From contig NC_043020.1 of assembly GCF_006345805.1 (NCBI RefSeq), forward strand, positions 10,602,001-10,666,000: 64,000 bases of DNA, in the 5' to 3' direction. The DNA is from Octopus sinensis (taxonomy: Eukaryota). Made by a program: the position numbers and the translations under genes. Below the pieces are notes generated by a model. The model had not been told where the DNA came from and made no database searches. It was given only the letters and a program-made list of their open reading frames with translations. Positions 26,661-39,476 of this stretch are shown here, one piece after another (position 1 is the first letter of the stretch; each line of letters starts with the position of its first letter).

Positions 26661-27623
26661 GAGTGGTTGGCGTTAGGAAGGGCATCCAGCTGTAGAAACA
26701 CTGCCAGATCTGACTGGCCTGGTGCAGCCTTCGGGCTCCCCAGACCCCAGTTGAACCGTCTAACCCATGCTAGCATGGAAAGCGGACGTTAAATGATGAT
26801 GATGATGATGATGATGTGTGTGTGTGCATGTATGTTTGTGTGTCTGTGTTTGTCACCCCAACATCGCTTGACAACCGATGCTGGTGTGTTTATGTCCCCG
26901 TCACTTAGCGGTTCGGCAAAAGAGACCGATATAATAAGTACTGGGCTTACAAAGAATAAGTCCCGGGGTTGAGTTTCTCGACTAAAGGTGGTGCTCCAGC
27001 ATGTCCGCAGTCAACTGACTGAAACAAGTAAAAGAGTATAGTTGTAGAAAGGAAAATAGCGGGAACAAGAATCTCTGAACAAATAACAATAATAATAATT
27101 TATTTTGCCGAAATAAACATTTCATCTCTGGACATCAGTAAACTGGTCGCCTTGCGGGTGGAAGCAGCAGGCTTAGTAGTCAGACACAAAATATGAAGGC
27201 TTTCACAGACTCGCAACGTCGCTCACCATCAAAATTCCAGCTCCACATAGCTGGTCTCAGTTGCATCCGTCTTGGTTGGCGGCAGGAGCAAAGAGAGAGA
27301 ATAGCGGTCAAGCCTAGCTGCTGCTGATGACTGCGCATGCGCATAAGGGACTTCCAGCAGGCCTTCTGGAAGACTAACCCTTGCGCATGCATGGATGAAA
27401 ATCCCAAAATGGCATCTGGAACCAGGCGTCACTACAGATTATTTAGAAGTATTCTTTTAAACTTGTTTTTCCACATTATTTACATTATTTACATTTGACA
27501 GATATTTGTCCTCATCTTGTTTGTTGTTAACACAATGTTTCAGCCGATATACCCTCCAGCCTTCATCAGGTGTCTTGGGGAAATTTCGAACCTGGGTTCT
27601 CATTCCTAAGGTATTTTTCGATG

Positions 27624-27662
<39 letters not shown>

Positions 27663-27940
27663 TCACAATTGAACTTGGAATCTTGGAGTTAGTAGCCCAT
27701 GCTCTTAACCACTATGTCATATGCCCATGGGCGATTATGGAGTGAATTTTAGGGCTTATAAATCTAATATTTTCCTATCCTTCCTGTTGAAGGCTGGAGG
27801 GTATATCAGCCGAAACATTGTATCAACAACAAACAAGATGAGGACAAATATCTATCAAATGTAAATAATGTAAGTAATGTACATAATTCCTCATCTCTTA
27901 AATACAGAACTGTATTGTTTTCCCACGTTTCAAATTACAG

Positions 27941-28084
27941 TGAACAAGTACGACAAGAACTGGAAGCATACAAGCTGCATATTCTGTACCAGTCAGCAGT
28001 GATTATTCAAACGCAATGGCGAGGATACCAGTGCCGTAAACGCTGGCCATTCTTATTTCAACACTTGCAAGCACTCCAACTTCG
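27941..28084 (+). CDS. dachs: Dachs-like myosin exon with IQ motif (EQVRQELEAYKLHILYQSAVIIQTQWRGYQCRKRWPFLFQHLQALQL)
   Basis: ttacAG/GTaaga. Clear IQxxWRGxxxRK motif. Phases 2 to 2. Confidence 0.92.
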
Positions 28085-28157
28085 GTAAGAATATTTAATC
28101 CTGTGTGTGTGTTTGAGTTTGTATATATATTATATTCGCATACATATCTTGGTGTAT

Positions 28158-28675
28158 GTGGAGTCGCGTGGCTTAGTGGTTAGGGTGTCAGGATCTTGAT
28201 CGTAAGATTGTGGTTTCAATTCCTGGACCGGGCGATGCGTTGTGTTCTTGAGCAAAACATTTAATTTCACGTTGCTCCAGTCTACTCAGCTGGCAAAAAT
28301 GAGTAACGCTGTGATGGACTGGCGTCCCGTCCAACTCGGGATCACATACGCCATTGAAACCGGGAAACTGGGCCCATGAGCCTGGCTAGGCTTTAAAAGG
28401 GCGCATTTATTTTTGTGGAGGCGCATGGCTTAGTGGTTAGGGTGTCAGCATCATGATTGTAAGATTGTGGTTTCGATTCCTGGACCAGGCGATGCATTGT
28501 GTTCTTGAGCAAAACATTTAATTTCACGTTGCTCCAGTCCACTCAGCTGGCAAAAATGAGTAACGCTGTGATGGACTGGCATCCCGTCCATCTGGGGAGC
28601 ACATATGCCATTGAAACTGGGAAACCGGGCCTATGAGCCTGGCTAGGCTTTAAAAAGGGCGCATTTATTTTTATT
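28158..28675 (+). mobile_element. Tandem pair of tRNA-derived SINE family D. Related copy on - at about 30480-30800
   Basis: Two roughly 257-bp copies with tggcttagtggttagg (A box) and ggtttcgattcc (B box). Confidence 0.8.
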
Positions 28676-28859
28676 TTATCTTGGTGTATAGCTTAATACA
28701 AAAATGCATTGTGACCAGTGATGTGTAACATCTGACAGCCTGGTCTCATGTGTGTTATATATAACACAACCACTCAAAATTGAATATGTTGATGTGTGGC
28801 AGGAAAGAAAATAATTTTCACTTTTTTTCAAACTTCGTGCAATAAAATTCTGAAGTAAC

Positions 28860-29090
28860 ACAGCTCCCCTGCCTTTGATGTGACAACATAAATACAAGCA
28901 AATGGCCTTCAACTTGTTTTCTTTGCTTTCTTCTTTGCCATTCTTTATTACTACTGTTCCAAGTGAAATACATGGGTACTTCAGTGTAAAGTAACGATTT
29001 TGCAAAGTTATCATTAATCCACAATGAAAAGAATTCTGTCAATGTTGCTCTCATATGTCGTTCATTGACTGCCATATATATCCTCATTAT
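28860..29090 (-). mobile_element. Helitron Rep/helicase fragment
   Basis: TLTEFF...FAKSLLYTEVPMYFTWN...KEWQRRK is a recognisable Helitron motif. Confidence 0.75.
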
Positions 29091-30175
29091 TTCATCATCA
29101 TCATCATCGTTTAACGTCTGTTTTCCATGCTAGCATGGGTTGGATGGCTCGACCGGGGTCTGGGAAGCCAGGAGGCTGCACCAGGCTCCAGTCTGATCTG
29201 GCAGTATTTCTACAGCTGGATGCCCTTCCTAACACCAACCACTCCATGAGTGTAGTGGGTGCTTTTTACATGCCACTGACAAGGGGCCAGGGGAGGCTGG
29301 AAACGGCCATGATCGGTTGGTGCTTTTTATGTGCCACCAGCACAGAAGCCAGTGAAGGTGGCGCTGGCATCGACCACGTACAGATGGTGCTTTTTACATG
29401 CCACTGGCACAGGTGCCAGGGGAGGCTGATATTGTTATTCATTTTAGTTTTCATATTTTCCAGTAGTGTTCTCTGTCTATTATTTTAACTTCATCCCACA
29501 GGGGAAGGTGTTCTCCGTTTTTCCATACATGATCAACTATACCCGTTTCTTTTCAACAGCTACTCATGTCACAGCTTTACGACGTTCCTCTACCCTTATT
29601 TTTGAGTGGGTGGCATGTTTTGCCTTTGTATAACCTACCACAACTGCAGTACATGCAGTCTTTGGTCATATTCTCTTCAATTGATGGTTTTACTTGATTG
29701 AAGGAGATATTTGCAAAGTATTGTATTACTCTTGAATACTGTCCTGATGTCATATGGATCACATATACTCTCTTACTTGTTTCAGTCATTTGACTGTGGC
29801 CATGCTGGAGCACCGCCTTTAGTCGAGCAAATCGACCCCAGGACTTATTCTTTGTAAGCCCCAGTACTTATTCTATCGGTCTCTTTTGCCAAACCGCTAA
29901 GTTACGGTGACGTAAACACGCCAGCATCGGTTGTCAAGTGATGTTGGGGGGACAAACACAAACACACAAACATATACACATACATATATATATATATATA
30001 CATATATATACGACGGGCTTCTTTCAGTTTCCGTCTGCCAAATCCACTCACAAGGCTTTGGTCGGCCCGAGGCTATAGTAGAAGACACTTGCCCAAGGTG
30101 CCACACAGTGGGACTGAACCCGGAACCATGTAGTTGGTAAACAAGCTACTTACCACACATCCACTCCTACGCCAT

Positions 30176-33100
30176 ATCTTTTTGTATCTTTTTGGAGAGG
30201 CCCTTCACATAGGGTACGTAGACTGTGGCCAGTTTATGGGCTTCATCTTCTCTCATCTTCCTAATTAGAGTGGATAGTATGTTTTTTGGGTAGCTGTTGC
30301 TTAATAGATAGTTACATAGCTTGATCATTTCTTCATGGTGTGTATCAGGATCGCTGCTTATATTCTTTGCTCAATGTTTCAGGCACTGAGCAATCCCCCT
30401 CTTTACACTGTATGAATTGTGGGAATTGAAATTGAGGTATCGTCCAGTAAAGGTTGGCTTGTGGTATAAAAAAAAAAAAGACTCCGCCGGTTACGACGAC
30501 GAGGGTCCCAGCTGATACGATCAATGGAACAGCTTACTCGTGAAATTAACGTGCAAATGGCTGAGCATTCCTCAGACACGTGTACCCTTAACATAGTTCT
30601 CGGGGATAATCAGCGTGACACAGAGAGTGACAAGGCTGACCCTTTGAAATACAAGTACAACTCATTTTTGCCAGCTGAGTGGACTGGAGCAACGTGAAAT
30701 AAAGTGTCTTGCTCAAGGACACAACGCGTCGCTGGGAATCGAACTCACAACCTTACGATCATGAGCCGGATGCCCTAACCACTAAGCCACGCGCCCTCAC
30801 GGCTTGTGGTATATGGATGTCCTGGACCCATGCTTAGTACATATTATGAATACATCCAGGAATGCTAGCTGATTGTCTTTTTTCTTTTCCATTGTGAACT
30901 ATATAGATGGCTTTATTGAATTCCCATGATCTAGCAGTACTAGGACATCTTCCTGGTGGGGCTAGTATATAAAGGTGTCGTCAACATATTGAAGCCATAA
31001 GGTTGGCTTTAGTGGTGTTGATTCTAAAGGCAAATTCTCAAAGTATTCCATCTATGGTGGAAGTACTCCGTCGGTTACGACGATGAGAGTTCCGGTTGAT
31101 CCGAATCAACGGAACAGCCAGCTCGTGAAATTAACGTGTAAGTGGCTGAGCACTCCACAGGCACTTGTACCCTTAACGTAGTTCTCGGGGATATTCAGCG
31201 TGACACAGAGAGTGACAAGGCCGGCCCTTTGAAATACAGGTACAACAGAAACAGGAAGTAAGAGTGAGAGAAAGTTGTAGTGAAAGAGTACAGCAGGGAT
31301 CACCACCATCCCCTGCCGGAGCCTCGTGGAGCTTTAGGTGTTTTCGCTCAATAAACACTCACAACGCCCAGTCTGGGAATCGAAACCGCGATCCTATAAC
31401 CACTGGGCCATTGCGCCTCCATTCCACCTATATATTGGCTATTGTTGTTGATAATGGCAAGCCCATAGCTAAACCTTCATCATGTCGATATATATCAGTA
31501 TCTACTCTGAAGTAGGTAGTTCGACACAGGTCAACATTTCCATCAAGTTTCTTATTGGTATACTAGTGCGATCTTTTAGATAGGAGTCCGTCACTAGTCT
31601 TACTTGAATCACTGATAGTGTTTCACCAATTTTTCAGAGTAGTCAGACTTGTTCCTCACCACAGTAGCATTTCCCTTGTCCGCTGGAAGTATCATGATGG
31701 AGTTGTCACTCTGTAGTGAAAAAAAAAAATTCAAGCGAAATCGTTGCCAGTACCTATTTCTTTACTACCCACAAGGGGGCAAACATAGAAGGGACAAACA
31801 AGGACAGACATAGGTATTAAGTTGATTACATCAACCCCAGTGCGTAACTGGTACTTAATTTATCGACCCCGAAAGGTCGAAAGGCAAAGTCGACCTCGGC
31901 GGAATTTGAACTCACAACGTAACGCAGACGAAATACCGCTACGCATTTCGCCCGGCGCGCTAACGTGTCTCGTTGCCAGTACCACCTGACTGGCCCCTGT
32001 GCCGGTGGCACGTAAAAGCACCCACTACACTCTCGGAGTGGTTGGCGTTAGGAAGGGCATCCAGCTGTAGAAACTCTGCCAGATAAAGACTGGGGTCTGG
32101 TGCAGCCAACTGGTTCGCCAGCCCTCAGTCAAATGGTTCAACCCATGCTAGCATGAAAAGCGGACATTAAACGATGATGATGATGATGATCTTTTCTTCC
32201 ATAGTAATGTTTGGTTTGGGAAGTTCTGCTTTCTCTAGTACCTATCTCACTTTCCACCTTAGTTCATCTCCCTGAACTTTTGGTATTTTCATGGCTGTCT
32301 CCTCAATAGGGGCTATTATGTCCAAGTATGGAATGCGTTTGATGTCTGTCGCAAAGTTGAGACCTTTGTTTAATACTGCTTTTCCACAGTTTTCTAGATA
32401 TCGGCTACTTACATTAATTACTACTTTCACAGGTGGGTGATGGACTTCGGTCTTCATTCTCTAACCCATGATCGTCATAAACTTCTTAACCTGGCGTGTC
32501 TTCACCTTCTCAAATTCCTTCTGGCACAACTTTTCGAGATCTTGTTGGATTCTCTTTCTATCGTCATCTCTAGTTATTCTCCCAAGTAATGAAGATAACC
32601 TGTCTCTGATTTCATTATTTAGTTGATGTTTTTTCCAACAGTTATAATGGATTCTCTCACAGACGAAGGCATGCCTTGCTCTTTCCATTATTCTTCGAGC
32701 TTTATTTGAAGCCACTGGTGTCATTACATTCAAGCCAGGGGGCATTAGCTTTGAGTCTCTACATCTATACTGAAAGGTTAGATGGTTTGAACTACGAGCT
32801 AGTTTCTGGTGGAGTTTCTCTTTATGTCTCCATTGAAGTCTGATGTCGGCTCTGTACCAATTTGATAATACTGTTCTGTATTTTAGAGATGAGAAATTCT
32901 GTACATTATTTACATTGGATGGATAGGGGTCCTCATATTCTTTGTTGTTACCACTACGTTTTGGCTGATTTACTCTCCAGCCTTCAGGGGCCTGGTGGAA
33001 TTTTGAATCCCACACCACAAAAAAAGGCATTCTTACTTATGACACATTGCTTGTAAGTAAGCAGAATACTTATATTCAGCCGAAACATTGTGGTAACAAC

Positions 33101-33185
33101 AAACAAGATGAGGACACATATCCGTCCAATGTAAATACTGTAAATAATGTATAGAATTACTCATCTCTAAAATATAGAACAGTGT
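30176..33185 (-). mobile_element. Decayed Penelope-like element (RT) interrupted by SINEs and an RTE tail
   Basis: Collinear PLE motifs: VLNKGLNFA (~32370), ILPADKGN (~31680), GLAMGLPLS (~31460), WLQYVDDTF (~30985), LAFLDV, KPTFTGRYLNF (~30440). A pLTR-like piece at 33075-33185 matches 27795-27912. Confidence 0.88.
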
Positions 33186-33967
33186 ATATATGTGTGTGTG
33201 TGTGTATGTATATAAGAATGTATAAAAATTTAGACACTTCTTACATGCTAAAGAGGACAGTCAAATCCCACACCACAAAAAATGTATTCCTACTTATGGC
33301 ACACTGATTGCTTGTAAGTGAGCATATATATATACATATACATGTATATATATTTAAGTAGTTGAATGAATGATCCTAGTATGGATAATTCGGTTAACCG
33401 ATACCCGGGTAGAAAATTCACGTCAGAAAACACGGTTGAAGCTACATGCCAAGGGCAGAAATCATGTGCTTTCGTGTGGAAATTTGTGTGCTTTTTATAC
33501 TATAAATAAATTAAAGAATGGAGTCGAACGACGATTTAACAAAATTCCTTTATTCTCGAGAATAAAGGAATTTTGTCGAGAATAAAGGAATCATGTCGAG
33601 AATAAAGGAATTTTGTTAAATCGTCGTTCGACTCCATTCTTTAATTTATTTATATATATATATATATATATATGAGGGACTTGTCTTAGTTTCCATCTTG
33701 CAATTCTTTGGAGAGTCCAGGGCTATTGTAATGTACAGAAGTGACTGAAACTGAACACCACACATTTGGAAAGCAAAGTTGCTCGTGACACGGCCAATCT
33801 TGATCAAACTGATGACTTAAAAAAAAAAAAATAAATTCAAGTTTTGATTATTGAACTTCCATTTGAAAATTCAGTAACTAAATCTTCTGACCAGTTTTCA
33901 AAAATACCAGTTATGTGATGGATATATTGAGCTCAAACATGAAAACCATTGTTTGTTTCTGTTTTAG

Positions 33968-34079
33968 GCGCCTTAACTCACTGCCAAATGAATACAACCC
34001 TGTATTTGTGACATCAAGTGTTCCTAAGTTGGACTGGAACACAGTGAAGCAGATCTGTGCCACATATGGCATCAACCCA
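33968..34079 (+). CDS. dachs: Dachs-like myosin tail exon (RLNSLPNEYNPVFVTSSVPKLDWNTVKQICATYGINP)
   Basis: ttttAG/GTaagt. D...Q.C..[YF]G resembles the Dachs tail. Phases 2 to 0. Confidence 0.85.
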
Positions 34080-35510
34080 GTAAGTTAACCCAAGGTTTCT
34101 GTTACTCTTTTAATTGTTTCAGTCAATTGACTGCGGCCCATGCTGCAGCACCGCTTTTAGTCGAGCAAATCGACCCCGGGACTTATTCTTTGTAAGCCTA
34201 GTACTTATTCTATCAGTTCTCTTTTGCCGAACCGCTAAGTTACGGGGACATAAACGCACCAGCATCGGTTGTCAAGTAATGTTGGGGGGACAAACACAGA
34301 CACGCAAACACACACACACTCACATATATATATATATATACGACAGGCTTCTTTCAGTTTCCGTCTACCAAATCCACTCACAAGGCATTGGTCAGCCCGG
34401 GGCTATAGCAGAAGACACTTGCCCAAGATGCCACGCAGCGGGACTGAACCTGGAACTATGTGGTTGGTTAGCAAGCTACTTACCACACAGCCACTCCTGC
34501 GCCTATATAGTTAAAAAAAAGTATATAAAGTTGGAAAAAGCAAAAAAGTATATTTTAGAGAATGTTAAATAAGATATAGCTGGTTTCAATGTATCCATCT
34601 TATCAAAAATTAGAAAAAATTGAGTCAAACAAAAATCATTTTTTTTGGTTAGTATAACAGTTTGTACCCATATTTGAGTTCTTAATGAAATTTTGCTTTA
34701 GTCATTCTCTTATAAATGTTTTGTAGGGCCGTAGCCAGGCTGAGGCAGAGGGGGTAGTTGCCTCCTTTGATTTTCCTTAACTGATGATGAAAGTGTTATT
34801 TTGATTTTATCAAGTTGACAATAAATAATAATGACTTTAGATAGTAAATTTAGTTTTAGGCTAATGTAATGAATAACGTCTCGCAGTGGTAATTAAAGCA
34901 TGTAAAAGTAATTACTTATTAAATGTTCTCTCACACTTCCTGTCTCCAAGTATGTGGGCTATTTTTAGACTTGCCTGGGTATTTCTACCATTGCTTGGTG
35001 GAGCTATTTTTGAATGCCTGTGAGATCACACTCCTCACAGTAGGGTGAGGAAGAGAGGTTTTGGATTGGTAATTGGTAAATTTACTGCAACATGTGGGAG
35101 CTACCTTTGTTCCCATTGCAGTTCCTGAAAATTGAAGGTATGCTGAACCATTGAATGTAAATTATGTTTTGGAGGATGAATTTTAGCCTGTCAGTGATGA
35201 GGTCTTTTTCAATGCATGTCAGTAGTTCAGATTGGTGTGTGTCTAGCCAATATTTGATTGCAGTTATTCTGCAGTCATGGGGTGTATTAATGTATAGGTT
35301 AACATCAAAGGTAAAAACGTTGTGTATTATTTTGTTTGCACACTCAAGAAAATTTATGAAAGAAGAAAAAATTATTACCCCTTAATACAGAACCCTACAC
35401 TAGTGTCCAACTCCATTATATAAGTGAATCTTTCTCACAGTTATTAAAATGCAGCTGCCCCAGACACATATGTTGACTGTATTCGTAAGTGATGTCATTT
35501 TAATATCTAG

Positions 35511-35610
35511 AGTGTAACACCACCAGTCCCTCCTGCAAGACATTACAGTGTAGCTGGCAATATGAAGGTGAACTTCCCACAGACACGCATAGCCACAGAA
35601 GTTTTCAAAA
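35511..35610 (+). CDS. dachs: Dachs-like myosin tail exon (SVTPPVPPARHYSVAGNMKVNFPQTRIATEVFK)
   Basis: atctAG/GTatgt. PPVPP.R.Y...GN.K...PQ.R is the conserved Dachs C-terminal motif as recalled. Phases 0 to 1. Confidence 0.9.
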
Positions 35611-35906
35611 GTATGTATTTTTCTTTTTCATTTACCCCACCCTTTTTATTCTCTCTCTCTTCTACACACATACAAATGTATTAATCTGTCCACCCTGTAA
35701 AATGGATGTTAAACAATGAAGATGAGGAGGAGCAGAATATAAGAATGGTTATGTGGTTGAAAAGCTTGTTTTGCAACTGTGGTTTCAGGTTCCATCCCAC
35801 AGTGTGGTACTTTGGGCAAGTGTCTTCTGTTATAGCCCCAGGTTGGCCAGTGCCTCATGAATGAATGTGGTAGACAGAAACTGTGTAGAAGCCTGGATGT
35901 GTGTGC

Positions 35907-35943
<37 letters not shown>

Positions 35944-37084
35944 AGCACACATATATTATATATTTAGGGTGTTTGGAGAATAATTCTGTTTTACCAGAAA
36001 GGATGTAAAAACAAATATAAAGTATGTTTATCTGAAAAGTTTACTTGTTTCAGTCATTTGACTGTGGCCTTGCTGGAGCACCGTCTTGAAGTGTTTTAGT
36101 TGAATAAATCAATCCCAAGACTTTCTTTTAAGCTTAGTATTTATTCTATCAATTTTGGTAATTAACCCTTGGATGATAAGAACTTTATGAAACAACATAT
36201 TCGCCATTGCTTACTGCATATATACATATATATGTATGTGTGCGTATATGTTTGTGTGTCTGTGTTTGTCCTCCCAACATCGCTTGACAACCAATGCTGG
36301 TGTGTTTACATTCCCTTAGCTTAGTGGTTCGCCAAAAGAGACCGATAGAATAAGTACTAGGCTTACAAAGAATAAGTCCTAGAGTAGATTTTCTCGACTA
36401 AAAGGTGGTGCTCCAGCATGGCCACAGTCAAATGACTGAAACGAGTAAAAGAGCACCAATGTTGTGTCTTCTCTACGACAAGACACCTGTTTCTGTCTCA
36501 CTATAAAACTTTCGTCATCTGTCACAAGATTACTTCTTCAAATGCTCCCTCTCCTCTCTGAGGTTTTTATCTTGCAAGTTACTTGGTGACCCTGCCAATG
36601 CTGATGCCACATAGAAAGCATCCTGTCCACGCTGTAAAAACCTTGCTAAAACTGACCTCACCTGTGTTTGTGCCAGGTAAAAAACACTCACTCCACTCTG
36701 CTGGGTGGTTGATGTTAGGAAGGACATCCTGCCGTAAAAACTCTGCGAAAACAAACACAGAATGCAGACTCTTGTCAAACCATCCAACCCATACTAGCAT
36801 GGAAAGCAGACATTAAAAATATGATGAGATAGTTTCTTGTAGCCATTATTATTATCTCTTAGGCAATAAACTGGCAGAGGCGTTAGAACATCAGACATAT
36901 AGCCTAGTAGTTTTCCTTTTGACTCCATAGGTTTTGAGTTCAAATCCTGCCAAAGCCGGTTTTGCCTTTTATCCTTTCAGATTCTATAAAATAAAGCATT
37001 GCTCCCACCCTTCAAAATTGCTGGCCTTGTGCCAAAACTTACAACAGTTTATTGCTATCTCTCCTAAACAACTTCTATTTTTAG

Positions 37085-37218
37085 TTGGCAAACATGTTTG
37101 GCTTCAAGAAGGCGATGATGTAAAGGTCTTGATGCCTTCCTCAACCAAAGATGGACATTTGACGGTACAGTTTCAAGGTGTTACTCAGGACGTCCCACAT
37201 CACATTGTACAACTCCGG
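37085..37218 (+). CDS. dachs: Dachs-like myosin tail exon, SH3-like (GKHVWLQEGDDVKVLMPSSTKDGHLTVQFQGVTQDVPHHIVQLR)
   Basis: ttttAG/GTaagt. Lies inside track ORF 36934-37278. L..G..V.V...S...GHL.V...G....VP fits the Dachs C-terminus. Phases 1 to 0. Confidence 0.88.
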
Positions 37219-39277
37219 GTAAGTTCTTCACCTGCCAAAATTCTTGGTAATTTCTGCATTGTAGCAAAACTTCTTTGAGGGTTTCCTAACAGTTCATGTA
37301 ATCTATTAAAACCTCACTCAAATGTTTTTTCATGTGCCACCGGCACAAATGCCATTTAGGCAATAATAATGATAAAAATAATAATAATTATCATCATCAT
37401 CAGCCAGTGTGCTAATGATTCTGCCAGCTCGCCACATTTTGAATTTTAGCACAAGGCCAGCAATTCAAGGCAGAGGGTTAGTCAATTACATTGACCCCAG
37501 TGCTCAACTGGTACAGAATTGACCTTAGCAGAATTTGAACTCAGAATGTAAAATGGACAAAATGTCGCTAAGCATTGTGCCAGGTGTACTAACAATTCTG
37601 CTAGCTTGCCACCACAAATCATCATCATCATCATTGTTTAATGTTCGCTTTCCATGCGTTGGACGATTTGACTGAGGACTGGTGAACCAGATGGCTGCAC
37701 CAGGCTCCAATCTTGATCTTGCAGAGTTTCTACAGCTGGATGCCCTTCCCAATGCCAACCACTCCGAGTGTAGTAGGTGCATTTTATGTGCCACCAGCAT
37801 GAGGGCCAGTTGGGCAGTACTGGCAACGGCCACGCTCAAATGGTGTTTTTTACGTGCCACCTGCAAAGGAGCCAGTCCAGCGGCACTGGCAATGACCTCA
37901 CTCGAATGTTTTTTCACCTGCCACTGGCACAAATGCCAATAAGGCAATAATAATAATGATAAAAATAATAATTATCATCATCATTATCATCATTTAACAT
38001 CCGTTTTCCATGCTAGCATGGGTTGGACGGTTCGACCGGGGTCTGGGAAGCCAAGAGGCTGCACCAGGACCCAGTCTGATCTGGCAGTGTTTCTACTAAT
38101 AGTAATCATAATTATGGTTTTAAATTTTGGCACAAGGCCAGTAATTTCATGGCCAGTCAATTACACTGATCCCCAGTGTTCAACTGGTACTTATTTTATT
38201 GATCCTGAAAAGATGAAACATAAAGTTGACCTTGGCACAAAATGCCACTAAGCATTTTGCTCAATGTACTAACAATTCTGCCAGGTTACCACATAAATAA
38301 TAATAACAATCCTTTCTACTAAAGGCACAAGGCCTGAAATTTTGTGGGAGGAGACTAGTCAATGACATTGACTCCAGTGTTTCACTGCTAATTAAGTTAT
38401 TGACCCTGAAAGGATGAAATGCAAAGTTGACCATGGCAGAATTTGAACCAAGAATGTAAAGAAAGACAAAAAGCAACTAAGCATTTTCCCCAGCATACTA
38501 ACAATTCTGTCAGCTTGCTACATAATAATAATAATAATAATAATCTGTTGTGTCTGGGGAGAGTCATTCTCTTTTAGCGTCTTATTATTTAACACAATCA
38601 CCGGTAAAATTTGTACTTATTTCTTATCTTTATTTTCTAAAATTTTCGTAGTGGCTGTGTGGTAAGTAGCTTGTTTACCAACCACATGGTTCCGGGTTCA
38701 GTCCCAATGCGTGGCACCTTGGGCAAGTGTCTTCTACTATAGCCTCGGGCTGACCAAAGCCTTGTGAGTGGATTTGGTAGACGGAAAGTGAAAAGAAGCC
38801 CGTCGTATATATGTATATATATATATATATATGCATGTGTGTGTTTGTGTGTCTGTGTTTGTCCCCCTAGCATTGCTTGACAACCGATGCTGGTGTGTTT
38901 ATGTCCCCGTTACTTAGCGGTTCGGCAAAAGAGACCAATAGAATAAGTCCCGGGGTCGAGTTGCTCGATTAAAGGCAGTGCTCCAGCATGGCCGCAGTCA
39001 AATGACTGAAACAAGAGATAAGTCTTGACTCTGTCCGTTATTTACACTGCGTTCCCTTTGGTTTGTTTGTGCGCATGTGTGTGGGTCAGTGAGTCAGTAT
39101 GTGTGTGTGCCTATACATGCATGCATGTACGTATGTATGTGTGTGTGTGTTTGAATGTGTATGTATGTATATATGTGTGTGTATGCATATGTATATATAT
39201 ATATATGTATGTGTGTGTGCATCTGTATGTGCGTATCCTGCATATTTATGTGCTTGCCTGTCTGTGTTTGTGTATTT

Positions 39278-39309
<32 letters not shown>

Positions 39310-39476
39310 AGCATGTGTTTGTATATGTATGCACCTCTGTCTCCTTGTGTGTGCATATCTGTGTGTGTGTGTGTGTGTTATGCAACTATGTACCATGTTT
39401 GTATGTATGGATGTGCATCTTTTTAGATGTGTGGATCCAAAAACAAAATAATAATAATAATAATATAATAATAATA

